A stretch of 64,000 nucleotides of DNA from Octopus sinensis (GCF_006345805.1 NC_043014.1:26226001-26290000), one strand, 5' to 3'; positions 14,245 through 26,362 are shown, counted from the first letter of the stretch. Numbers and translations: made by a program. The notes: generated from the sequence alone by a model not told the origin.

Positions 14245-14859
14245 GAAAGTGATAAGTGCAGAATCTGTAGACAAAACGGTGAAACCGTATGGCATATAAC
14301 CAGCCAATGTGCGCCACTCACCCAGAAGGAATATAAGAGACGCCACAACAATATAGCCAGGCTTGTCCACTGGACACTATGCAACACGTATGGACTTGAC
14401 AGAGCAAAAGAAGGCATTGTCGAAAATAGAAATGCAAAGATCCTATGGGATTTTATGATTCAGTGCGACCATGAGATAGATAATAGGAATTGAAAAAGAA
14501 AACAAACTATGCTGGATCATAAATATAGCATGCCCAGCTGACAACAAGGTATGCGATAAAGAAGAAAGAAAAGTAGAGAGATACGACAGGTGAGCAGTTG
14601 TTGTCGATGGAAAGGTAGCAGTAGTACCAATAATTGTCGGAGCCCTGGGAATAGTGAGAAAAAATCTCGAGAAATACATGGAACAAATAGGGGCTGCAAT
14701 AAGGGTGGAGCACTTGCAGATAACAGCACTGCTTGGAACCGCTTGAATATTCCGGAAGGTGCTCGAAAAATAAGAGGTGTTACCTTAGTTCACTGGTAGT
14801 GATCAGCTGACACTGTAGTACACCTCCAGCGTTGGAAGCTGTGCAAAGGCAACATCATC

Positions 14860-14860
<1 letters not shown>
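14244..14860 (+). mobile_element. R4/Dong-like LINE 3' fragment (CCHC, RLE, 3' UTR) embedded in (TAA)n
   Basis: SDKCRICRQNGETVWHITSQCAPLTQKEYKRRHNNIAR..KILWDFMIQCDHEI, then VVPIIVGALG in another frame. Flanked by (AAT)n and (AAC/AAT)n. Confidence 0.85.
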
Positions 14861-14942
<82 letters not shown>

Positions 14943-14945
<3 letters not shown>

Positions 14946-15499
14946 CCCTGATGCAGTACCAGGCAGTGGCTCTCATGGCTTCTGATCTTAACTGATTGGA
15001 AGTGTTATCATGTACATAGTTTTGTCTTGGTATAAAAGATGCGCTAACAGCAAATATTCTGCTCAATACCACAGATTTGCTTGTCAGTTGTTTGACCTTA
15101 ACCAGTTGAGCATGTCCCTTAGTGGCTGACGATGTGTGCATCTCTGATCACAAGCAGAAGTGGTGGGGGAGCATCATAGCTATGTGTTGAGAGGGATTCT
15201 TTGGAGTTTGAATAATTCACCTCTGGAAACATGGGTGGTTCTTTCAACATCCTTAAACAATCCTTATTCAGGGACCTTTTGAGCGGGATGGGCTACTCAA
15301 CCTGAAGAAATTTCTAACTGGGCCCCACCTGCAAGGTCATGTGCTGTTTATCTTGATATGAGATCACCATGTCGCGCACATATGGTTGTGATGCATGTGC
15401 CTGGTGTACCTTTATCAGACGGGTAGTCATGATGAGTATATTGGGCTTCGTATATTTTACCCCAGTGTCACTTTGATCGCATGAACCGCTCTCTCACTC
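14943..15499 (+). mobile_element. Non-coding interspersed repeat of about 557 bp inside (AAT)n; strand is nominal
   Basis: Highly similar reverse-complement copy at 39630-40186. Both copies are flanked on both sides by TAA repeats. Confidence 0.85.
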
Positions 15500-15523
15500 A
15501 ATAATAATAATAGCAATAAAAAT

Positions 15524-15955
15524 ATGGTTTTGATCTCTGAGGACAACCCCAACAGAAGTAAATTTATGTCTAAAAATTCTAAGATCAAGAATTCTATATA
15601 CCAATGTAAAATTTCTTGCGGTACCGATGTCTACTTCTACATAGGCGCATCTTCTTCCCAGCTATCTAAGAGAATTTCAAATCATTATTCATCATTTAGG
15701 GATAGCAGTAAACGCCATAACACAGGGGTAAGTAAATTGGTTTGGTATCTTAAAGACAACAATAAAGATTTTAAGTTAGATTGGTTCATCCTGTCCGTAT
15801 CTTTTCCTTACGATAAGGGCAAGGGATTTTGTAACATTTGCAACTCTGAACTCTTCCATATTCTCTTCTCTAAGAATCACCTTGTTAACACACTTATAGA
15901 GCGATCTTACAAATGTAAACACTGGCAGAAACATACCTTTAACTCATATAAGTGA
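15524..15955 (+). CDS. GIY-YIG endonuclease domain of a Penelope-like element (open 143-aa frame, probably the C-terminal part of a 5'-truncated RT-EN ORF)
   Basis: IYQCKI..YFYIGASSSQLSKRISNHYSSF (GIY-YIG with the downstream R and H), VSKLVWYLK, FCNICNSE and YKCKH. A hammerhead lies about 270 nt downstream on the same strand. Confidence 0.85.
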   Translation: MVLISEDNPNRSKFMSKNSKIKNSIYQCKISCGTDVYFYIGASSSQLSKRISNHYSSFRDSSKRHNTGVSKLVWYLKDNNKDFKLDWFILSVSFPYDKGKGFCNICNSELFHILFSKNHLVNTLIERSYKCKHWQKHTFNSYK

Positions 15956-16223
15956 TTTCGCCAGTCTTTATAGTTTGAACAGTTAGTTTAACTTGCACAT
16001 TACTTCAATAGAGAAATCTACTTCTAAGACTTTGAACATTTTTTCAACCAACGTATCCCTCTTTATTAGTTTTCTACTTATTATTTCTTTAATCCTTCTC
16101 TTCCTAGTATCTGCCTTTGACGTCAAATCTACTAACGGTTTTTTAAATACTTAATAACGTTCTGTTTATCATTTAAGTAGTCATCGTAATTGTTATAAGG
16201 TCTTGTTGCTGAGATAGGGTCTG

Positions 16224-16312
16224 TTTCTTTCCTGACGAGAAGATTGCATTTTACACCGTTTATTCCTTTGGAATAAAACCAATGTTGTCTTCGAAACATA
16301 TGTCGAAAGTAA
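16224..16312 (+). ncRNA. Type I hammerhead ribozyme HHR-1 (canonical core)
   Basis: CUUUC-CUGACGA-GAAGA..UCUUC-GAAA-CAUAUG-UC/GAAAG. Stem I is CUUUC:GAAAG, stem II is GAAGAU:GUCUUC plus extensions, and stem III ACAUAUGU is a perfect palindrome. Predicted cleavage between 16304 and 16305. Confidence 0.88.
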
Positions 16313-16352
16313 AAGAATTTTAATAACATCTTCGTTCAATTCCATTTATTTA

Positions 16353-16409
<57 letters not shown>

Positions 16410-16418
16410 TATAATATA

Positions 16419-16472
<54 letters not shown>

Positions 16473-16503
16473 GACTGTCCGCTAAATCCTCAAGTTTTAT
16501 ATG

Positions 16504-16537
<34 letters not shown>

Positions 16538-16568
16538 ATAATATATATATATTATATATATATATATA

Positions 16569-17113
16569 TCTACAATTGTATAATGGTGTCTGTTTGTGTG
16601 TGTTTGGGTTTACTCTTACTCCTCCCACATTATCCAACCGATTTTAGTGATTTTTGGCACATAGATAGATCAATGCCCTGAAGTTCAGAAGAGACCGGAA
16701 TTTTTCGAAAACATGATAATGCTTAGTTGGTATCGATTTTTGTGAGCTCAGTCTGCTGTTTGAATGGAAATTCCCATGACGATGTTATTTTTCCTGCAAC
16801 TATTGCATTTTCTGTCCGATTTTTATGAAATCGATGAGTGAGCGAGGCTCATGGCAGTGAGTTGATGTTACTATAAGGCTGTACCACTGAACACGTCGTC
16901 GTCGGCTGCCAAAACTCCGCTCCTTCAACAAAACTCCGTCGCCTGCTCTGACCATTTTTCCTCCGCCTGCCATACATCTACTCATCTTGTAACAGCCTGC
17001 CGAACCAGACATAACATCTTAATGGGTAATCGTTGTCACGGAGAACGTAGAAGGTCAGAGGTGGACTTAACTTCAACACGGAAAACACGAGCAACGTCGG
17101 GTCCAACAGCTAG
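16569..17113 (+). mobile_element. Non-autonomous Helitron (545 bp) in (TA)n
   Basis: 5' A|TC at 16569 and 3' end ACACGAGCAACGTCGGGTCCAACAGCTAG|T, resembling the 3' end at 50961-50988. Confidence 0.7.
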
Positions 17114-17213
17114 TATATACATATATAAAAATATATTTAAGGATTTTATTGTTTACAATAATATCAAGTGGCATATCATGCATACCCATAATTATAAATA
17201 AGTATCTTTATAC

Positions 17214-17302
<89 letters not shown>

Positions 17303-17719
17303 TATACATACATACATACATACATACACACATACATACATACATACATACATACATACATACATACTACATACATACATACATACATACATACATACAT
17401 ACATAATTGTGAGAAGAACGTGCTTGGCGTTACATCTAATATTGGAAAATAAAGAAAATAAAGAAATAACATCTAATATTGGAAAAAACTGACTCAGAGA
17501 AATTTACAGGATAAATGAAGACAGTACTGCAAGAAAGGGACATGCGTTGTCTCTTATAAATTATAAATTATGAAAATTCTAGTAGGTCATACGATATTGT
17601 CCATTCTAGAGATACCCGCGACAGATTTGAATTGTGAAGTTTTAGATGAGAGAAGAAAGGATGAGAGGGTAAGAGAAAAAAAAATAAGTAAAAGCAGAAT
17701 CATGAGAGTGGAGTAAGAA

Positions 17720-17753
17720 AAGATGGTGGAAGTAAGCGGATGTAAGAAGAAGC

Positions 17754-17791
<38 letters not shown>

Positions 17792-18110
17792 AGATGGAGA
17801 GAGAGAGAAAGGGAGAGAGAGAGAAAGACGGGGATAAGAAGAAAGAGGGAGAGAAGAAAGCTGCAGAGGAAGAGAGAGAAAAAGAGAAAGGGAGCGAGAG
17901 AGAAAGAGGAAGAGAAGAAGAAAGAGGGAGAGAGAAGAAAGAGGGAGAGAAGAAAGCTGCAGAGGAAGAGAGAGAAAAAGAGAAAGGGAGCGAGAGAGAA
18001 AGAGGAAGAGAAGAAGAAAGAGGGAGAAGGAGAGAGGAAGAAAGAGGGAGAGGGAGAAGGAAAGAGAAAGAGAGATGGGCAGAGAGGAATAGATAGAAAA
18101 GTAGATCAGT
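17720..18110. repeat. GA-rich purine low-complexity tract with an internal direct duplication
   Basis: Visible directly. The K/E/R-rich ORFs here are by-products of the repeat. Confidence 0.85.
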
Positions 18111-18724
18111 AGTCACAGATAGAGAACTAAGTGACTAGAAGACGAACAACAACTGCATTGAATTACAAATACATTTTGGAGAAAGTACTACAGGACAACG
18201 ATGGAATTTACCAACCAAACAAAAAAGAAAAGAAAAAGAAAAACGAAACGGCAGCACAATCGGACGTTCATTTCTTCTGACTTATCCTTTTTCTGTCTCT
18301 CTCACATTTTTCCCGTACACAGAGACACCCACACACGCACGCGCGCAACACCCACGACACACGCACACACATACCTACGCGCGCGCGCGTATGTCAATAT
18401 GTATGTAGGTATATGTATCTGAAAGAGAGATTTTCATTCCACGCATAATTGTCGACATTGTTACTTTGGAAGGACTACGTAAATTATTTGAATTTATTTT
18501 AGAACAAGCGTTAACTTGAAGCCTTAAACAAAACCATTCTACACAAACATTTACGAATATACATCCTCCCTCCCCCCTCTCTCTTTCTTTCTCTCTATTT
18601 CTCGCTCTTCCTCTCTTTCTCTCTGTTTTTCTCTCTATTTTGTAAGTCACTCCTCAGCTGAAATCTAAATTAATAATATATAAAAAATCAAAACTATGAA
18701 AGTCAACAAGCGTAGCTAAATAGT

Positions 18725-19115
18725 AATAAATTAGCTTCCCCAACACATGCTTTCCAGCTCAGCCTCACTGCGTTGCACCTTGGGCAAATGTCTACCACTA
18801 ATAGCCTCGGGCCGTCCAAAGCCTTGTGAATAGATTCGGTAGACGGAAACTGAATGAAGCGTTTTGTATATATGTAGATATGTGTGTGTGTGTATGCGTG
18901 TGTATGTGTGTGTGTGTTTGTATTTTTTTATTCTTTTACTTGTTTCAATCATTTGACTGCGGCAATGCTGGAGCACCAGTTTTAGTCGAACAAATCGACT
19001 CCAGGACTTATCTTTTGTAAGCCTAATACTTATTCTATCGGTCTCTTATACCGAAGCGCCAATTTACGGGGACGTATACATATCAACATCGGTTGTGAAG
19101 CAGTGGTGAGAGGAC
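18725..19115. mobile_element. SINE family A pieces: 5' half on + (about 18725-18875) and 3' half on - (about 18928-19115)
   Basis: Similarity to the full copies elsewhere in the window. Confidence 0.65.
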
Positions 19116-19129
19116 AAACACACAAACAT

Positions 19130-19164
<35 letters not shown>

Positions 19165-19256
19165 GACATGCACACACACACATACATATATATATACATA
19201 TGTATATATATATATATACATACATACATAGACACATACAAACGATGGGCATCTTT

Positions 19257-19617
19257 AAGGGAAATAACTATATAAGCATTTTTAGAGAGTTATAGCCAAA
19301 AAATAGCAAAAAAATGCATTAAAAATGGAAAAAAATGATGGTAATTTTTTTAAAAATCGTTGACTCATCGTAGACATTTTTAGAGAGTTACTTCCCTTAT
19401 ATAATAGCGAAAGAAATGCATTAAATGGAAAAAATTATGGTAAATTTTTTAAAAATCGTAAACTCATCGTAGACGCACGCTAATACCCAGAAGGGCTCGA
19501 TATGAATCACGACTATAAGATACCCGGTTTTGGTTAAACTGCACCGCAAAATGTGGGAGTAGTTAGGAATCTAAATCGTAGGAGACAGACACACAACCTT
19601 ACTTTTATATATAAAGA
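19257..19617 (-). mobile_element. Non-autonomous Helitron, 3'-truncated; same family as 50489-50988
   Basis: 5' A|TCTTTATATATAAAAGTAAGGTTGTGTGTCTG at 19617. The body is nearly identical to the reverse complement of 50489-50955. Confidence 0.8.
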
Positions 19618-19629
19618 TATATATATATA

Positions 19630-21065
19630 CAAGAATGCTTCAGGTAGGAGAGAAGCAGTGGAAGGATTCCCAAGCTGAGGGAAGTAGAGAAAATCCAATT
19701 GCAGGGAGTTCATGGACGACGTAACGGTTATGACACCATGAATCCAAGGGATACGGTGGACATAGAGCTCACTGGAAAAGATGAACACATAGTCACGGGG
19801 GAAGTTCAACCCTGTGAAATGTCAGAACTTGAATATCCTAAAATGAAAACTGAAAAATGACACCTTCAGCACTCAGGGCTCTGAGATTCCGACAATCCAA
19901 GAAAAAAATAGTCCGCTGCTATGGAAAAAGTTACTATCCTACTCTAAAAGATATTGGCAATGTTGAAGACACCAAAACCTAACTAGGCAACAAACTAAGG
20001 GCAATTGATAAAAGCCAGCTACTTCAGAGGCTCAGAGAGTGGTGCTTCCATTATGACATCATACTCAGACTGCAGTGGTTTCTTTTACTTTGCGATTTTT
20101 CCATGACTCGGGTAGAGATAATGGAAATGTTGTGCAGTAAGTTCGTGCAAATATGAGTGGGCGTTCTTTCAAATTTCAGCTAAGTCAATCAAAGCAAGTT
20201 CTCTAAGCACCATTTACCAATTTCATCAATGGTGGAGGAATTGAAAGCCACAAAGCAAGAGCAATCACCAAATTGCTTCCGTCTGGGGACGAAAAAATCA
20301 GACACACCAAGACTATAAAGTGTGGTAGAAAATGAAAAATGGTAACACCAGGAATCTGTGAAGGAAGCAGAGACATACTAGAAATACCAGGTGATTGTTG
20401 GATTGTTGGCAATTACAGCATCAAGAAGTACCAATACCAAGGGCAGGAGAGCACTCATCGCGCTAAGGATCCGTGATTCAGCTGAAGAGGATCACCGGGT
20501 AGAAGCAGTAGGGCTTTTCCCACAAGGATCAATGAATACAGTGGAACCAGGTGCGTGGGCGTCCACTGTCCTGGGAGGAACTCTGGAACACTGACCAGGG
20601 AAATTTGTCCTCCTTCTCTCGTGCTGTCACTGACGTCTTGCCAACCTTAAGCAGTCTTAAGATATGGAGTAAAGAAAATGACCCATTTTGCAAGCAGTGC
20701 GGAGTAACTCTTTGGACTTGGAACCATATTTTGACTGGATGCCCTAAGATACTGGGAGACATGAAAAGGTTCTGCCAAGTGGACCGATCTGCAAATGGTG
20801 ACGGCTAATAAACACCAGCCACCACTAGCATAAGGTATCAAATTCCTAAAGGAAGGTGACAAAGCCCTCGAAATCAAAAGCAATCTATGGGGATCCGTTT
20901 TCCAATTTGCAATCAGTCAGACTGGGAGATGCAAGTGGACCTGAGGGGCAGACTTGTCTTCACCAACGAGATAGCAGCAATGTCACGCCAAACAGATATC
21001 TCTCTGTTCTCCAGGAATACAAAAACAATCACCGTGGTCGAACTTAGAGTGCCCTAGGAAAGTGT
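19630..21065 (+). mobile_element. Hero-like (R2 superfamily, RLE) LINE, C-terminal half (RT FMDD to RLE), inverted relative to its N-terminal half
   Basis: FMDDVTVMTP, SSMVEELKATKARAI, SWEELWNTDQGNLSSFSRAVTDVLPT..CKQCGVTLWTWNHILTGCPK, and an RLE-like ..TITVVELRVP segment. Confidence 0.75.
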
Positions 21066-21965
21066 GCACCCTTCCATAGTGCCTTTTCCTCAATCGCTGC
21101 CACTTTGTGGTTAAATCTACCAGTGTCAACCTCATCCTCAGTAAATTCATGTAGTGCATTCTGAGTGTGACTACTTCTGTTAGTAATTGGTAGTACTCCA
21201 ATACACTTTAGAGCAACTAGTAAGGCACGCTTTAATACGTTTTGGAAAGCTCTAACCATACAACGGAGAGTGAATTCTTGTTCTTTCTTACTTCCTTAAT
21301 GACATGGCTGATCGCTAATGTGTTCTCAAAGCATCTACAGCAGAGAGAAACCCTTCCTTTCTGGACATTCGTGTCAATATACTTGTTGAACAAGAGATAT
21401 GATGTTAACCTTTTGGCAATGATGATCCTAAAGATATTCCTCACGAGATTCAAAAGAGAGATGTCATGAAACTGATCAAGTCCCGCTGAGTTTTCTTCTT
21501 TTATGACAAACAGCCGTCAGCGAGTGCCCAGAGCTAGGGTTCCTGCTTCCCTACCACATCAAACGTAAAAGCTTTGCCAGAACCCTTAACAATAGTGGGC
21601 AATATTTGTAAATTATATACTTGGTGTCAGATGCCTCTGGAGCAAAACCCCCATGAGCTTTTGCCACCGCTGCCCTCACTTCGTCGAAAGTGAAGTCTGC
21701 CATCTTCAAAAGGGCGTGGAGTTTGAGCGTTGGCAATGGAAAGGGACATTTTACTCATGACATGTTTCTTTTGGGGTTACAATGCACTGCTGCTACACTA
21801 CTCTCTACCTCTTTTGAGTATATTAACTTCCCACAGTTTGGTTTTCTAAGGAGATCAACCGTGAACTGGAAGGGGTTGTTAAAAAAGGTCATCTTTTGTC
21901 CCCGCTTCACTCTCTGTTTTATACGAAGTGACTCTCCCCTACGAAGCTGGAGAAGGTTTCTTCGT
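21060..21965 (-). mobile_element. Hero-like LINE, N-terminal RT half (up to GTMEGCTL)
   Basis: FFNNPFQFT, DFTFDEVRAAVAKAH..APE, IIAKRLTSYLL..YIDTNVQKG, LSVVWLELSKTYG and GTMEGCTL. Confidence 0.75.
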
Positions 21966-22029
21966 AACTCCATACATACATACATACATACATACATACA
22001 TACATACATACATACATACATACATACAT

Positions 22030-23135
22030 AAACAAGGCGGCAGAGGCTTAACATCGATCCAAAATGCCTTTGAATGTCGCATCATGTCTCTTGGGCAATA
22101 TCTTTTAATCACCAAGCGTCGAAGTGCATCCATTGACCAAGTTTGCATAAATGAAGCTGATAACTTCATAAGACTTGAGCAAAACTCTAACCTAGAATAC
22201 TTACGCAAAGAAGTCGCACAACTCTACCACAACATATCATTAGAAGAAAGGATGAACCTATATGAGCAGAAGACTATGCATGAATATGTTATAAAGTTCC
22301 GCGATAATAGTAACATCGATTTGGAAAGCAGTTCATCATGGATGAATAACTAGAATACTACCTCCCACTTTGAAGGGAATGTGTTTGCTATCCAGGAACA
22401 GGAAATATCAACCAAGTACCTGATGCGGAAAAGGTATAGAGATGCGGGAAAAGCCGTAAAATGTGACAACCGGTGCAGACTTTGCGGAGTTCATACTGAA
22501 GATATCAACCACATCATAAGCAGTTGTCTGAAAACGTCACCACGGTATTATCTAACGAAGAGACATGACGCTGTAGCTAGGACACTCGATAATGAAATCC
22601 ATCGGAAGGATAATCCCGAGGATAAAGAAATAAGAACCCACAATATGGTAGAAGCCATATCCACTCATAATGAAAAGGAATACTGGTGGAATGTACCAGT
22701 AAAAACCTCAATAAAATGTAAGCACAATAGACGATATAATGATTTGGGATAGAGAAGAGAAACTGTGCACAGTTGTAGAAATTAACTGCCCAGCGGATGT
22801 TAACATAAAGTTGAAGATCATTGAAAAAGAGAACACCTATGCTGAACTATTGAGAAATCTACAGTTACTCTATCCAGATTACAAGTTCAGGTTTATACCT
22901 GTAATAACTGGGGCCCTGAGATATGTAACACATTGCCTAAATATCAATCTTGAGAAATTAGTCTTCTCAACACCAGAAAGGAGAAAACTAATTCGAAAAC
23001 TACAGATCCAGTCCATCATTGGAACTGTAAAAACATGTAAAACTTTCCAGAAGTTTATCATTTAAATATATATGAGCATGTCTAGATATGTAACTATATG
23101 CATGAGGATACGAACATAAAACATACAAATCTGCA
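22030..23135 (+). mobile_element. R4/Dong-like LINE 3' fragment with 3' UTR, flanked by (TACA)n on both sides
   Basis: KQGGRGLTSI, FAIQEQEISTKY..CRLCGVHTEDINHIISSC..RHDAVAR and IWDREEKLCTVVEINCP..FIPVITGAL. (TACA)n at 21972-22030 and 23136-23243. Confidence 0.85.
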
Positions 23136-25672
23136 CATACATACATACATACATACATACATACATACATACATACATACATACATACATACATACATAC
23201 ATACATACATACATACATACATACATACGTACGTACGTACATACAAAAAATCGGACCTTTTTTTCATCTGAGAAGTCTTTCAAAATCATTTCAAAGTCAA
23301 TGGTTTTTGTAATGTCATTTTTCTATAGATAGCATCGCTAAATCATTGCGCGTCTTTTGTGAAATTGTTGACTGTAGTTATGATTTTATCAGTTTTAATT
23401 TTGAAAAGATCCTTTCACCTGATTCAACCGCTACGGGCGTTATGAAGTAAATCTTTAAAGAAGTAAAAAAACATTAGGAAATGTTTAGTTCATCACAGCG
23501 TCCTTCGAGCATGTACGCGGAGTACTCTCTTGGTGCTGGGCCCAATTTGAACAAATCTCAATAATTGGCTTAAAACCGGCCCTGTATATACATACATACA
23601 TACATACATACATACATACATCATCATAGTCGAATTTAAAGTACCCTTTAAGTGTGCACCCTTCCATAATGCCTGTCCATACATACATACATACATACAT
23701 ACATACATACATACATACATACATCCGTATGTACGTACGTATGCATGTGCGTGTGTGTGTATGTATGTATACTTTCCACAGAGGTAGATGTCGGTCGTAC
23801 CCTGAATTACGCACACATACTCGAACACATGCATGCATAAATTTATCTCCGCATTGCTATCCATATGTATGTGTGTGCGTGTGTATGTATGTAAGAATTC
23901 GTCTGTGTGTGCGCGTTTTTGTGTATTTAGGTAGGTATGTAACTGTATATGTATGTGTTCGCTCTAGTGTGCGTGTGTAAATGAAATCAAATAAGTTCCC
24001 TGATTTATATTTATCCTCGCACACTCTCTCCCCTCTGTCTCTTACTCTCTCGTACGCACACACACGCACACACACAGGGACTCAGACACAGAGACACACA
24101 CAGAGACTCACACACAGAGACACATACACACACGCTTGCGCTTATATTCGTATACATATATCTACAGGCACACATTTTTAGAGATATGCGTGAATCTATA
24201 TATATGCTTGTTTGAATGAACAGGGAGCATTTTTTTAGTCATACTAAACCCGCCCACAATCTAAGATGATTGACAGCTACTCAATTAGTTCGTTGACTTG
24301 ACTCCACCCCCTCTTACTGTGTAATTTGTACAGTTGCTGATTCTGTTTTTCTCCGCCCTTTTATTTTAAGTTCCTTTTAGTTGTTTTCTTTTTCACAACA
24401 AATTAGGCAAACAGAACAATAAAAATCATCAACAACAGCACAAAATAGAACACATATACAAAAACGCAAAAGAAACAAAAAAGTAAGCTTCGCAAAGTCA
24501 TCTGACAGTTGAAAAATTAAAAAAAAGAAAGAAACAAACAAACAAACAAAGGAAGGAAGAAAGAAAGAAAGAAAGAAACAAACAAAGGAAGGAAGAAAGA
24601 GAGAAAGAAAGAAACAAAGAAAGAAAGAAGGAAAGACAGAAAGAAAGAAGACGAAAAGAATAATTGGAAAACAAAATATTCTCTTCAGAAAAAAGTCAAC
24701 AGGCATTGCTATTTGGCACCATTAACGGTTCTGGTGGTGTCTTAGAACTGTCAGCCAAAACTGGTGAACGGTCAATTTCCAAAAGCTTATGAAGCATCAT
24801 CCATACATGTGTATACGTATACTCTTTTAAGTTTATGTATATTTGTATACATATATAAATCTTTCTGTGAATTCTTCAAGCTTTGGTGAGTATGTTTTCA
24901 ATTTGCTGTAATTACAAATGTGGCTAATTTTCTTGTGTTCCTGTTTCAATTTTCGTGCTATGGTTGCATGATTTTTTAAATGTTAATGTTGCAAATGAAT
25001 TAACAACAGCTAGGATTTTTCAATAGAGAGTGATAACAGACATTGTAAAATAATTTCATCGAGAGTGACAAGCAAGCCGATTGTAACAGTTATTATAAGT
25101 CTTAAAGCTCTTACTACGGAGGTGATAATTGTTGTAGTAATGCCTACCTCCACGTCATCACAGTTCGATAATGAACAATCATCTGTAATCTCTAATTTTC
25201 ACGTTTCTGAAGAGAACGAGGTTCTCAAAAGTTTCCTTTCATTTTTTTTTGTTCTTCTTAAATACCACTAGATTTACAGACGACAATAATGATTATAACG
25301 ATAGTGATAATTGAGTTTGTTATGCATTTGTTTTAAGTCCAGTTGATCAGGTTTGAAATATATGTAAAAACACTTACAAGAACAACATCAACGGCAAAAA
25401 TGTAATACCGAGTAAAAGAAATCATTATGACATTTTTGCGGTGGATAGTTGCTGAAGTTCTTTAACATATATTTCAAAGCTGATCGACTGGACTGACAAT
25501 CAGAGGCTTCTAACTGTGAGCACCGTGTGCCTTTCTAAACCATACATAATGTCATTATCTTGCATTATCTAATACTTCCATCGTCTTTTTAATGATAAGG
25601 TATGATTTTGTAGCAGATAAAGTTATCAGGTAAACCACCACATGCTTGACTTCGTTGTTGTTGTTGTAGCTG

Positions 25673-25673
<1 letters not shown>

Positions 25674-25752
<79 letters not shown>

Positions 25753-25755
25753 CAT
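25674..25755. repeat. (ATT)n microsatellite
   Basis: Visible directly in the sequence. Confidence 0.95.
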
Positions 25756-25986
25756 TGCCTTTATTTTTAGGGAGAGGCTTCTCTCTTAAAAGTGGATGTT
25801 ACTTTCTTTCTCTATTTAGTTTTCATAGCTGTTAATTGTATTGCCGCTGCTGTTACTGTTGCTGCTGTTGTTCTTGTTGCTGTTGTCGATGTTGTAGCAG
25901 TTGCTACGTTTAATTAGTAAACGGCAAAATTCCCAGCCCTATAGGTATATGCTCCCTCTCTTCCTGCACACACACACAATCACACA

Positions 25987-26017
<31 letters not shown>

Positions 26018-26175
26018 GCACACGCGCGCACACACATACACACACACTCACATATATATACATATATATGTATGTAATATAATTTTCTTAATCTTTTAAA
26101 TTTTTAAATGTGCTAACCCACTGGTTTAAATTGATATTAATTTTAATTAACATCAATTTCTACCCTCATTATTTA

Positions 26176-26212
<37 letters not shown>

Positions 26213-26264
26213 CACCAAAAGAATGAATTGGGACCTCGATATTATGTAAAATAGAGGAATTTAT

Positions 26265-26301
26265 CTCTCTCTCTCTCTCTCTCTCTCTCGCTATCTATCT
26301 C

Positions 26302-26362
<61 letters not shown>

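Larger units (their letters stand above)
15500..16350 (+). mobile_element. Penelope-like element 3' end (EN plus pLTR with hammerhead)
   Basis: GIY-YIG ORF followed by a non-coding segment containing a perfect hammerhead core; ends in (TA)n. Confidence 0.8.

Noticed and set aside
15126-15240. CUGACGA..GGAAAC in the 557-bp repeat (also about 39998 on -)
   Set aside because: Stems I and II would have only about 2 bp, so the fold is unconvincing.
17723-18112. K/E/R-rich ORFs of 100-138 aa
   Set aside because: They are translations of a GA-rich simple repeat.
25200-25235. CUGAAGA next to a GAGAAC/GUUCUC hairpin
   Set aside because: A simple hairpin with no GAAA core.
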